Assembly: GCA_016748015.1 (NCBI GenBank)
Contig: JAAOMT010000591.1
Coordinates: forward strand, 385,532-449,531
Length of the DNA: 64,000 nucleotides
Direction: 5' to 3'
Origin: Geosiphon pyriformis uo1
Lineage: Eukaryota; Fungi; Glomeromycota
Shown here: piece by piece, positions 16,419 through 27,153 of the stretch
Layout of the letters: each line of letters opens with the position of its first letter
Numbering within the stretch: the stretch's first letter is position 1
The notes under the pieces: model-generated
Seen by the model: the letters and a program-made list of their open reading frames with translations, nothing else
Told to the model about the DNA's origin: nothing
Database searches by the model: none
Program-made: the position numbers and the translations under genes

Positions 16419-18375
16419 ATGTTTAGTTGTCAACGTTGTGAGCAGCCGATCAGACTCGACGAATCTCTTGGAGATCTCAGCACTGCTTCAGTTGACCTTC
16501 TATTGGGTTGGTGATTTGTGTTTTCGAACTTGTGAGGAAGCTTTGCAGAAGTTTTTGCAAGAGCTCATCTTTAGTAACTCCCACGATTAGCACCACTCCC
16601 TGACGACAATGTTCCTGAGTCGACTACTCAAATCCAAATTCGACCCGGAAGGACGCTGAACAAAAGTTCAAAGCAAACCTCTTTTAAACCAGAAACCGAT
16701 GTTAGCTCACTCGCAAAACGTTCAGTAGCTTCACCTCAAATTTCGAACTCTTCACGATCATCTGCAAGCAACAATAAGGAATCCTTCCTTGGACCCTCGG
16801 AATCATATGTAATGTTACCCCGTTCCCACATAACAGTTCCCCCCAATCATTCAACTGAAAACTCAATAGATGGAGCAAATCCTGACGATCAACAAAGGGC
16901 TAGTCTAAGTTATCGACTTAAACTCGCGAGCCGCTTATTCGATCTTATGTCATCGCGGTCTGAAATTGATCATCCCTTATGTCAAGAATGCACGGATATG
17001 CTTTTAGACAGTTTGTCTAAGCAGTTGTCAGACGCCTCAAGAGAACGAGATTGCTACTTGGATTTTGTCAAGAAAGTAAATTCTAGAGTAATTAGTGACA
17101 CTAAACAGGACGATTTGAGAAAAGAGATTCAAGAGGCAAGAGGAAATATTTTTGGAGTTCTTTCAATAGTAATTTAACTAATCTTTGTACTTTACTTTTT
17201 TTTATAGATAAAAATCCGTGAATCGCGTGCTATCGCAACTCTAAAAGAAATAGAGCGTGAAAGGGATAATATGAAGTTGGAACTAGCTGATTTAGAAAAA
17301 GAAGCGAAGGAATTGGATCAATTAGAAGAAAGGTGATGCAAAAAAAAGTGTTGTTGCCGATTGCATCAATGTTATTAATTACTCGACTTTATAGCTACTG
17401 GCAAGAATTCAACGACTTTCATATTCTGCTACAAACATTTCAGAACGAGAGGGACAGTGTCAATCTAAAATACGATCATGATGCAAGACAACTAGAGAAA
17501 CTGCAAAAAACAAATGTTTATAATGACACTTTTTGTATCAGTCAAGATGGAAATTTCGGCACAATAAACGGTTTTCGATTGGGTCGTTTACAAACTCAAC
17601 CGGTAAGATGATAAGGTAATGAAATAAGTATTTTATAATTTTAAGGTTCTGATTATTGATTAGGTCGAATGGAGTGAAATAAACGCTGCTTGGGGACAAG
17701 CTCTTCTTTTATTGGCAACCATTGCCAATAAACTTAATTTCACTTTTAAAAAGTATGTATCGTTTATCTTTTTTCAATTTCATTATTTATAATCAAATAT
17801 ATTTAATTCTGGACCACAGCTACCGTCTTGTTCCTCTAGGATCTTTTTCCCGGATTGAAAAAATTGGCGATGACAACGCAGTTTACGGATTGTAAGAATA
17901 AACATCTCGAAAACTTTCTTATCAGAATTTTATATAAATCTAAACCTCTCTATTAGATATGGATCTGGTGATATAGCGATTAGTCGATTGTTTCACAATA
18001 GTCGTTTCGACAATGCCATGGTCGCATTTTTGAATTGCGTACAGCAATTGGGAGAATATGCGGAACGACAAGATCCAAACCTGAAGCTACCATACAGGTA
18101 ATTTTTTTTATATCCGAGGCTTGTACTTAATTGAAGTCCTAGAATTTTCAAGTCGACAAAAATTACCCATTTTTTTTTGACGGATGAATAGCATAAACAA
18201 AGATAAAATTGGGGATAGATCGGGAGAAGCATCGATTCGTCGACAATTCAATCAAGATGAATCGTGGACGCGTGCCCTCAAATATACTTTGACACATCTC
18301 AAGTGGATATTGGCCTATGCATCTTCTTCAAATCATGATTGGGTGAAACAGAAATCCAATTTGTTGTCAAGATAA
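16419..18375 (+). CDS. ATG6: Beclin 1 / Vps30 / Atg6, 8 exons
   Basis: MFSCQRC N-terminus, IDHPLCQEC, coiled coil, [59 protein letters not shown]. One GC-AG intron (17136-17207). Confidence 0.96.
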
Positions 18376-18431
18376 ATCTTGCTTTTTAAGATTGACATGC
18401 CCAAAATTTTCCCAGGGTTTTCAATATCTTT

Positions 18432-20009
18432 TTAGATGTTTAAACTTTCTGCTTCAAATTTTCTGAGCAGTCGCATTGATAACTCATATACAGTAAATGT
18501 AGAACCAGCAGCAGGCAAGCTGTAATCAAAGGCAAAAATGATGTGCGTTAACGTTTTGGAAATCAGATAAAAGAATAGAATCACAGAAATTAGATTAATC
18601 ACCTTCGTAAAACTTTTCAAATAATTTGGGGTACCCGCATAATAAATTAATTGTTAATTCAACGTTGGTGATAGCAAGAGAATTTATCATTAATTTTCAA
18701 AAAAAAAACTTACGAGTTGGAGTGATGCCGCGTGTAAGTGCTTTCCAACCTTCATTTCGATAGATTGATGCCAAAGTATTGAATACGTAAAAGCTACCCT
18801 TTGGAGGGTTGGTTTGGTTTTGAATCTGAGCCAATGTATTAATTTTATTGAGGTCAATAATATCTATTATATTGAAGAGATAAAATTGAATGACATGTGC
18901 ACCTTTGATTTAACTACATCTAATGGGTAGCAACACAGCCAATAACAGACACCACCAAAAGCTCCCGCAGCCATCAATCGTGATGGGGGAAGATTGTCTG
19001 GATTGCTTCCATAAAGAGTCAATTTCCTTTTGGCGAATTCAAATCCACTATAAAATCCAGCGTATCCCGGAATTTCACGAAAGACTGTTGCCCAAAATCC
19101 ACGGAAAAGACCATTTCTAATACCGTGTTCCTGGAGCAGTTTTTGCGCGCAATCAATTGGCCCTTTATACAGTAAAACATCTTTCGCGGTTGGTCCAGTT
19201 TTAACACTTCCATATTGCGCTTGCATCTTAATTTTTAGAAGTTCAACGGGAGAAGCTAATATACTATTAACTACACCTTTAACCCAAAGATATATCAATT
19301 CATTTGCACAAATCTTGGGAGAAAATTTATTTGAAAATAACATGTTTGGAAATATATGGCTTGCCTGCTCCTGCACCGGCAATGGCTATTTTTGAAAGTG
19401 AAAGTTGATTATTGCTAGGATCTATTGTTTGTATTGATTTAAACCGGGAATACGTAGCAAAAAGTAGTGCGTTCACAGCCCCAATTCCAACAAGGGGACT
19501 TGCCATTCCTTTATATAAAAAAAGTGTTGTTAGCATTAATGTAAATATTCAGACATAAATATGTAAACCTACCTTTATAAAGGGCGAAAAATCCTTCATT
19601 CTTCAAGGTTTGAAAAAAACAATCCATTGGACCTTTAAACCGTGAGTTCTCAATTTGAAGTCGAACCTATTCAGAAATATCCACTTAGAAATGAGACATA
19701 AATTTCAAAGAAAGAGGTCCAAAATAAATAAAACTAATACACACTTTTATTGTATCTAAGGGCTGCCCAATAGCAACTTGTGCCTGAGAGAAAATTCTGA
19801 AGAAATAAGTTACATGAATTGAAGGAAAAAGAATTAGGTTCCCGAAAGACTTACCATGCCGGCAAAGCTGACATATACCCAAAGTGTGATAGTGGGAGAA
19901 TGTTAGATTGGAAAAACACGCGATGGGGAATATTTGGTACAAACCTGCCTGCCACAAAATCATGCCAGCCATTATTTGATGAAGGGGAAGGAGTAGAGCT
20001 TTTAGTCAT
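18432..20009 (-). CDS. Mitochondrial carrier, carnitine/acylcarnitine-ornithine (CRC1/YMC/ORT1-like) group, 9 exons
   Basis: Three carrier signatures ([34 protein letters not shown]) plus GMASPLVG and REIPG. Needs 13-nt (19856-19868) and 10-nt (18603-18612) microexons and a GC-AG intron (19277-19364). Confidence 0.93.
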
Positions 20010-20391
20010 AAGAAGTTTTTCCACGTCAAATATAGAGCTAAGAATGAAAACATTCTCGGCGCACGATTCGGAGGTTTTATTTTTTTTGTTTGTACTGCAG
20101 TTATTGGACGCGATTAATCAATAGAAATCGTAACTAGCCCTAATAGGCAAATGCCAATTGTCAATGCTAATTAAAATTCGGGGAATTTTGAAAAGGTAAA
20201 AAAATCGCAGTTTATTGTAAAAATTGATGATACGACATGCATCCCCTCATTGTTCCAACTTCTACTAGGTAAATAGTTGTGAATGTTGCACAATTGTCGT
20301 ACACTATCAACAGAACAAGGTACGTTCACTACTGAATTGGGAACCAAATACACTCAAATCCGAAAAAAGACCTTTCCATATTCTGTTTTAG

Positions 20392-21339
20392 ATGTCAAAC
20401 AGCGCCTCGACAAACGAGTTCTCCAAGCAAACTTCAAAAAATAACGCTGGGCAATCTCCTGCCGCGAAAAATACTGCCTCACGTACTTATCATCTTATCC
20501 AGTGTGCGTCTTTTGTATTTGTGAATTCCGATAAATAGAGCATGAACTTCTCATTTTTTTTCTTTGCCTCCTTTATTCTAAATATTTGAAAAATTAAAAA
20601 ATAGAAAATAAGAAAAAAGCTGCTGCGATTCAGGCTACTGCAGGTATTTTTATTTTTATTTGGTGGTTATTGCTTTTTCTAAGAATGTAGGTTAATAATT
20701 TTCACATTTCGCAAAAATTGCTCGGATGCTCCGTACTCTTAGATTGGTAAGAAGACTATGAAATTAAGAAGTTTCTATTTTTGACGCGCTTGTTTTTAGG
20801 CGGTCAAAAAACAATTTTTATTTGATGTCCTATACTATCCTGCAATAGGAATAGCTTGTTAATATGGGCAAGAAAACAACGGGGCCCTTATTATGACCCG
20901 ACGACACGTATGTATCATGTCGACAGAAATTCACGACGGTATTTTTCCGGATATACCCTAGAAGATGCCGAAGCGTAAGTGATACAATAATAACCAACAT
21001 TTGGTAAAATATGATATATAAAGATCAAATTTAAATTATTATCACTTTTTAACCAGTGAAAATCTTAGCGTCGCATCTGGTCAGAAAAATCTCCATGATA
21101 CTACCACAAGTGTTAGTATCGAGAAGGAAGTAATCAATCTTCATCATCCAAATCGCCATATATCACCTCCTCGGCCTTCGCGACATGCAAGTCCAAGCGG
21201 TGGTCGTCGTCCGGGCCGTCCAAAGTAATAAATCCATGATTTTTGTTAATTGTTAAAACGTTTCATTTGGAAATTTCTAACCATTCTGTTCTTTTATAGA
21301 AAATCCGAAATTGGAAAGACTAGCCTTAATGTTTCATAA
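20392..21339 (+). CDS. Small (~155 aa) Requiem-N/SAY-like motif plus AT-hook protein; candidate SWI/SNF-family subunit
   Basis: Exons 20392-20482, 20605-20643, 20743-20746, 20849-20974, 21057-21224 and 21300-21339, all GT-AG, give an open 468-nt frame containing AIQATADWNSLLIWARKQRGPYYDPTT and RRPGRPKK. Absent from the ORF track because the exons are short. Confidence 0.75.
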
Positions 21340-21709
21340 ATCAAACTTGTAATACATCCCTAAAATCCATCTAACCTCCTATTGTATTTCTATTTCCTGA
21401 TATAGGCAAAGCAGCAAAATAATTCCTGGGAAAATTCATTGCGAGGTATGTAATAGCGGCAATAAATTCGTGTTCCATGTTCTCATACCTTCGAATTATT
21501 CAAGTGATGTCAGAAATATTCATATAGATTTGTATACCTTTTGTATTAACGATAGAAACATGACAAATCATTTTTAGTTAATTCCAATTAGAATAAAAAA
21601 TAAACTAGAATTTCTCTTTAAGGTTCAACAAGTTCAGTTTTGAATTAAATTTTTGAAACGCGAAAGATTATTCATACAAAAACTCTATTTATGGCCCTTG
21701 AAAGTTTTC

Positions 21710-23153
21710 TTAAACGTTTTTTTTTACAGAAAAAGCGTCCAGAAGGGAAATCACCTGTTCATATACGGTAAATATAATACCACCAGAGAGCTATCGAAAT
21801 ATGAAATATTAGCAAACGAAAGGAGACTTTCAATACCAAAAATATAAGATTATAAACATACCAATAATCTACTTAATCTTGGGGTAGCGCCTTTCCACAA
21901 AGCTAATACTCCATCATTTCTTATGACTGTCCATAAACAATGAAAAGAACTTCGATACAACTCTTTGGCGTGTAATCCCTGCATCTTAGTCTTCACAACG
22001 TCTAAGGGCATCGTGGTATAAACGGTGACAATCCCGGCGATCGATCCTATACCAAAAGTTACAATCCATGGCAAAGGTTGTCCTGGTCCATTTCTTTTTT
22101 GAAACTCTTGTTTAAGAGTTGAATATGTGGAAAATCGTACCGCTTGATTGGCCCCTTGTCTCATCATTACAGGAAAAACACCACGATATATACCCCCAAG
22201 CCCTTCTTGATTCACAATCCTAGTTATACCTGGCGATAATGGATAATTTTAGTTAAACCAATAAAAAGTAAATTTCAAACTTTTCATTTCGGCTAATGCT
22301 ATAGTTCACCCGTACCATGTATGAGGCCTTTGTATTGGGGGTGGGGCTGAATATGATCATGAATTAATTTTGTCCTTTTTAAATGGAAGATAGTTATGAG
22401 GAACTTCAATGAATATAAATCAAAATAAATGAAAAGATTTTATCCATACTTTATTGTTTCCGTTGGAGTTACAACCGTAACTGCCTCTGTCATACCGGCT
22501 CCCAATCCAGCTTGAACGGATTTTAAAGGTTAATAGATAATATCTCGAGACTCTTAAAAATTCATTCTAGAAGCATCTTACCGAGCATTGATTTCGGCCC
22601 AGAAATATTTCCTTTTTCATCGGATAGCAGTTTTTTAAGCTCATCATAAGTCAAAAACCGAACCCCAGCTTTGGCAGCGGTTCCTATAACCAACGCTGAC
22701 AAACCCTTATAAAGTGCAAAAAATCCTCGAGTCCGTATAGTGGTAACCCCGCAATCTATTGGGCCTTTATAAAGCTGGAGAGATGATCAAAAGATATTAT
22801 CTCATCACTATCAATCGATTATTACTATATGGAAAATATAGCATTTTAAACATGCCTTTTCACCGCTCTTTGTATCCTGCAATTGTAACTGTGTTTTAAT
22901 AAATTCGGTAGGATACTTGACAAGGCAAAAAAAAAGATAAATCGGGGTTACAAGCATTGAGAGCAAACATTTGAGATAGAATCCAATAATCAACACACTG
23001 TAATAGTTGCTTCGACCCCACCGGCTACAAGTCCAGCGAAAAGTGACTGAAGCGGACGGTCTTTCTAAGAATACTCCAGGAGATTGTCAACTGGGATAAT
23101 ATGTGGTAGCAAGTGAAGCATGGCAGGTTGCTAAATACCTTTTGAGGTGACAT
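21710..23153 (-). CDS. CTP1: Mitochondrial citrate/tricarboxylate carrier, 8 exons
   Basis: TYPTEFIKTQLQL, GTAAKAGVRF, VTPTETIKTKLIHD, RQGANQAVRF, TMPLDVVKTKMQ, KGATPRLSRL. One GC-AG intron (22775-22855). Confidence 0.95.
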
Positions 23154-23355
23154 GGCTAAGAGTTTAAAGCCAAAATTTTATATATTACAGAAAACCCTAG
23201 CTGTTATCGAGAAACGGCTCGGGTTACTCTAACGTCTAAATATTTATTTTGACAATCACAAATACCCAATCAAACATAGATCGACAAACTTTAAAAACCT
23301 GTCAAGACTTTTAAGCCTAATCATTGTTGCCCCTGGTACATTCCTTGATATTAAT

Positions 23356-24705
23356 ATGGACTTGGCTAGTTCACTTAAATTAATTTTACAGGCAAAAGCC
23401 TCAGAGCCATCAGACGGAGATCTTTCCTGGCCTTTATTATGCCAGTTACTTTTAGCCGAAGAACCAAAAGTGTGTTTTTGATCATTATTATTATAATTAC
23501 ATTAGTGGATTTGAACTTTCGTTTGAAATGTTAACCATTTCAATTCATATCTTGTTAAAGACGACAGTGCCTCATGATGAAACTACAATTCACCTTCACA
23601 AGTGTATATCCAATTGCCTGGCCGAAAAAGCACAAAAACCTTCACAATTTGAAAAAGGATGTCTTCAACGTCCCTTCTATCTTGCGTTGGCTGAAATGCT
23701 TCAGAAATCTATTGAAAATTATGGCCAGTTTCCTGTTGAAATAAAAGCTAGTAAAGTTTTTATGCTTGAAATTAAAAATCTGCAAAGGTTAGTTGATCAA
23801 GGGCTTTCGAAACAGAATTCATGACCTACATATTTCCCATTTTTAATACATGATTGGCTTCTCAACAAAGTCCAGATTGGAAGAAATCGAAAATGAATTA
23901 AAAAAGCTGCGTTCCTTTTTAACCAATACATCTTATCCGTTGTGTAATTTGGATCAGAAAAAGCTCTCTAGGTTTCTTTTTGAGGTACTATTAAGAAAAA
24001 TCTTGCAGCTAATGTATCAAATTTATAATCTATTTTTACTTTGCTCAATATATCCACAGTTTTTGACTCCAAATGATCTTAATACATTTCTGGGACTTCG
24101 AACTACTGTTGGATCCTCCCCTCGACTTCCTCCTTCTTTATCAGAGTGCATCAAATCATTTACGAGGGTGTATGTGAAAAATTCTGCAAAAGACCCATCG
24201 AAAAGTACAAAAACTAATACACTCACAGTCGGCGCCAAAGCCTTTTCTAAGCATTGCCATCGTGATATATCTGCTTCTTTTTGGGGAAAATGTACTGGAA
24301 GTAAGTTACCTCAAGATTGTCTAGTGAGGTTTGCTTTTATACTCACATTGATGAATTTTTACAGCCGAGAAGCAAAAAAATGAACAAGCTAATTATCTTT
24401 TAGCCAATATATTGACAAATGCCGCTTGGATAAACTTACATTCATTGCCGGTAATTGAATTTATCTCGAGAAATTTTCAAGAACTTACAAATTAATATCT
24501 CATTTTGTAGCATGATACTCGCGTATACGAAATTCGCAATGAACAAGGATATGGAGCACGCTGGGAAATATATGAACCTAAGATTCAAGATATTGGTAGC
24601 GCTTCCACTGCTCAAGGCGAGACCAATAAAGATGCTATTATCATTTTCCGTGGGTTTTTGGAGCCACAAATGGAAGACGGCCACTCCAAAGGATGGGTTC
24701 ATTAA
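23356..24705 (+). CDS. Conserved protein resembling plant ASCH-domain RNA-binding proteins but without the ASCH domain; toxin-like C-terminal domain; 6 exons
   Basis: Spliced frame contains FLGLRTTVGS..LPP, LTVGAKAFSKHCHR...FWGKCTG, WINLHSLP, YEIRNEQGYGARW and FRGFLEPQMEDGHSKGWVH*. Splice sites are canonical. The family link is from recalled sequence similarity. Confidence 0.8.
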
Positions 24706-24927
24706 TTGATGAGATATTGTTCGTCCATATTTATTCATGAAATTGATAATAAATCAATTAATATACATATTGAATCTCAATATTATGATAAATGCTCAAA
24801 AACCAGAACTTTTTTGAAATAGCGCTTTCAACTCTAATGTTACCCTGTTGTCCCTGATGGGAAGTTGAAATTAAACAGGTATAGTTTTGAAAATCTGGAA
24901 AAGTACCCTAAATTTACAAAATAAAAC

Positions 24928-25670
24928 TTAGATTTGGTCGAGTTGTCTCAAAGTTTCCTCAAGTTCCGCTTTAGACTGCTGATATTGTTCCAGAAGCTTT
25001 TCATATTTTTCTTCCGATTGAGCACGTTCTCCATCAAGCTGGTGCACTTTTCTTTCAAAATGCTCTGCTTTGACATCGGTTTGGCGGAGTCTTGTATCAT
25101 TAAAATTGATTAATCGGTTATTAAAATTTTGATTATGTCAAAGTAATTCAAAAATTCAAAAATTAGATTTAGATACTTTTCAGTAGTTTCCCTCAAGTTT
25201 TTTTCGGTACTATCCAACTCACTCTCAAGCAAGGCAATCTTTCGCTGGAGACCCTCGATGTTACTCTTAGAGGATTCCTCCTCCTCTTGCAAATGTTTTG
25301 AATCGGCTAGTTTTTTTTCGGCACGGTCGACCTGTGCTTCCAAAAGAATTAACTTATTTTGGAGAGAGAGGATTTCTTGGTCTTTGCTGGCAGATTCTTG
25401 CTTCTCTTTCTTTAGTGCGGCTTCCGCATCTTCTGCACGCTGACTAGCGGCATCAGCTTCGGCACGTAAAGCGGTAAGTCTCTAGAAAAGTGAAAAATAA
25501 GGGCGCTCGTGCTAAATAACCTTATCTGCAATTACAGAAATGACCAAGCAGATTATAAAAGTTTGCCCCCTTCAAACATGGCCAAACTTGAGTTTTAATG
25601 CAACCACTCCGTCTCAAAAGAAATGCTAGCATTAATTCAAAAGAAGACACACCTCCTTGAACCTTTCCAT
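24928..25670 (-). CDS. TPM1: Fungal tropomyosin, 3 exons
   Basis: MERFKE/RLTALRAEAD, LQRKIALLESELD..EKNLRETTEKLRQTDVKAEHFERKV; continuous coiled coil of ~160 aa. Confidence 0.96.
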
Positions 25671-25890
25671 CGGAAGCTATAGGTTTCAAAACAAACGTTG
25701 ATTAAGAGGAGGTTAGGAAAGAAGTAAGCGTTTGCTGATGCTACAATAGACAACTCATATCTGTCTCAGCTATATCCCAAAGCGTAGTACAAAGTGGATA
25801 AACACGATTTGCAGATTTTCAATCTGCATTGATTAAATTTCCAGCGTCCAAGACATTTGTATAATTGAAAAAACGAATCCATCAAATTGG

Positions 25891-27153
25891 TCATTCTTTA
25901 TTCACCCAAATCCATGAAGTACCACATCCTGCACCAATTTTACCAACTCGAAAAGGTTCCTTTGTAACAGAATCGACTATATTTTTTGGGATCAAAACAT
26001 CGTATCCATCTTCTGTTGCACAATTACCATGTTCATTCCAACCCCAAGCCAGACATTGACCGAATGACGTTCTTATTAAAGAGTGTTCAGAGCCAGAAAC
26101 TACATTGATGACTTGAATATCAGGTTTGAATGGTATTATTTTGGGAAGATAACAAAGAAGAATTGGTTTTTCAATCCAATAATCATCATTTTTTTCCGGT
26201 AGAATTCCTAATTGCCCATGATCATTTCTGCCCCAAATAGCAATTTTTTTTGATTTAAGCAATATTATGGTGTGATGCCAACCGCAAGATATTTCCTCGG
26301 CATTTTCGCCCAACATTACAACCCTCTTTGGGATTGCCCTAGAAGGAATGTCTAAAGGAGAAGCATAACCAAGTTGCCCGTATTTATTCTGTCCAAATGT
26401 ATAAACTTGACCTTGTTTTGTAAGAACAGCAGTGTGATACTGACCACATCCCACATCAACGATTATTTCATGGCTATATGGGAGCTGAATCTGAACCGGA
26501 TAAAAATAATTGGTTTTATTGATATTTGTTTTTCCGATTGGATTCTGGGCTGGAATTCCTCTCATTTCATCGTCATATTCATTCAAGCTCAATTGACCAT
26601 ATCGATTATTACCCCACCCATAACACTTTCCATCAACAGTTAGTGCAATAGAATATCGCAATCCACAAGCGACTTTTTGCACATTAGAAATTCCTTCAAT
26701 CTTCATAATTTTCCCTTCAGTTGAAAGAAGAGAGTGTCCCAACCCCAATTCACCAAAAGACCCTTTGCCAAAAACATAAAGTTCTCCTCTTTGTGTGGTC
26801 ACAAGAGTGTGAGACCAACCACAAGCGACACTACGGAAACGCGTACAATTTGAATCTTTTGTGTTAGGTTCAGAAAGTTGAACTTTATGGAAAATATTAT
26901 AATGAGTTGAACTGCTTTTCAAACCGCATTGCCCGTACACGTTTTGTCCACTCATCCATAATTCTTCGTCACATGTAATAACTGCCGAATGATTGCCTCC
27001 ACCACTCATCACCAGCGGTGGCCTACTCAAATTGGGAGAAGTTTTTGAAGAAAATAAACAGATACGTGGGGTACGTGAATCTTCTTCACTTCCAATTCCT
27101 AGTTGCCCTTGCCCATTTGAGCCAAATGCATAAAGGCCCCCTTCAAGCGACAT
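25891..27153 (-). CDS. ATS1: RCC1-repeat protein, Ats1/Kti13 (SERGEF-like), intronless, 420 aa
   Basis: LYAFGSNGQGQLGIG, GGGNHS, repeated ACGxxH/GxNxYGQLG blades, AWGWNEHGNC and terminal GAGCGTSW match the Ats1/Kti13 pattern. First ATG at 27153. Confidence 0.8.
   Translation of the reverse strand: MSLEGGLYAFGSNGQGQLGIGSEEDSRTPRICLFSSKTSPNLSRPPLVMSGGGNHSAVITCDEELWMSGQNVYGQCGLKSSSTHYNIFHKVQLSEPNTKDSNCTRFRSVACGWSHTLVTTQRGELYVFGKGSFGELGLGHSLLSTEGKIMKIEGISNVQKVACGLRYSIALTVDGKCYGWGNNRYGQLSLNEYDDEMRGIPAQNPIGKTNINKTNYFYPVQIQLPYSHEIIVDVGCGQYHTAVLTKQGQVYTFGQNKYGQLGYASPLDIPSRAIPKRVVMLGENAEEISCGWHHTIILLKSKKIAIWGRNDHGQLGILPEKNDDYWIEKPILLCYLPKIIPFKPDIQVINVVSGSEHSLIRTSFGQCLAWGWNEHGNCATEDGYDVLIPKNIVDSVTKEPFRVGKIGAGCGTSWIWVNKE

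Noticed and set aside
20605-20746. Alternative gene model reading KIRKKLLRFRLLQ/VNNFHISQKLLGCSVLLDW
   Set aside because: That frame has no reachable start codon upstream and breaks the gapless match to the Requiem-like helix.
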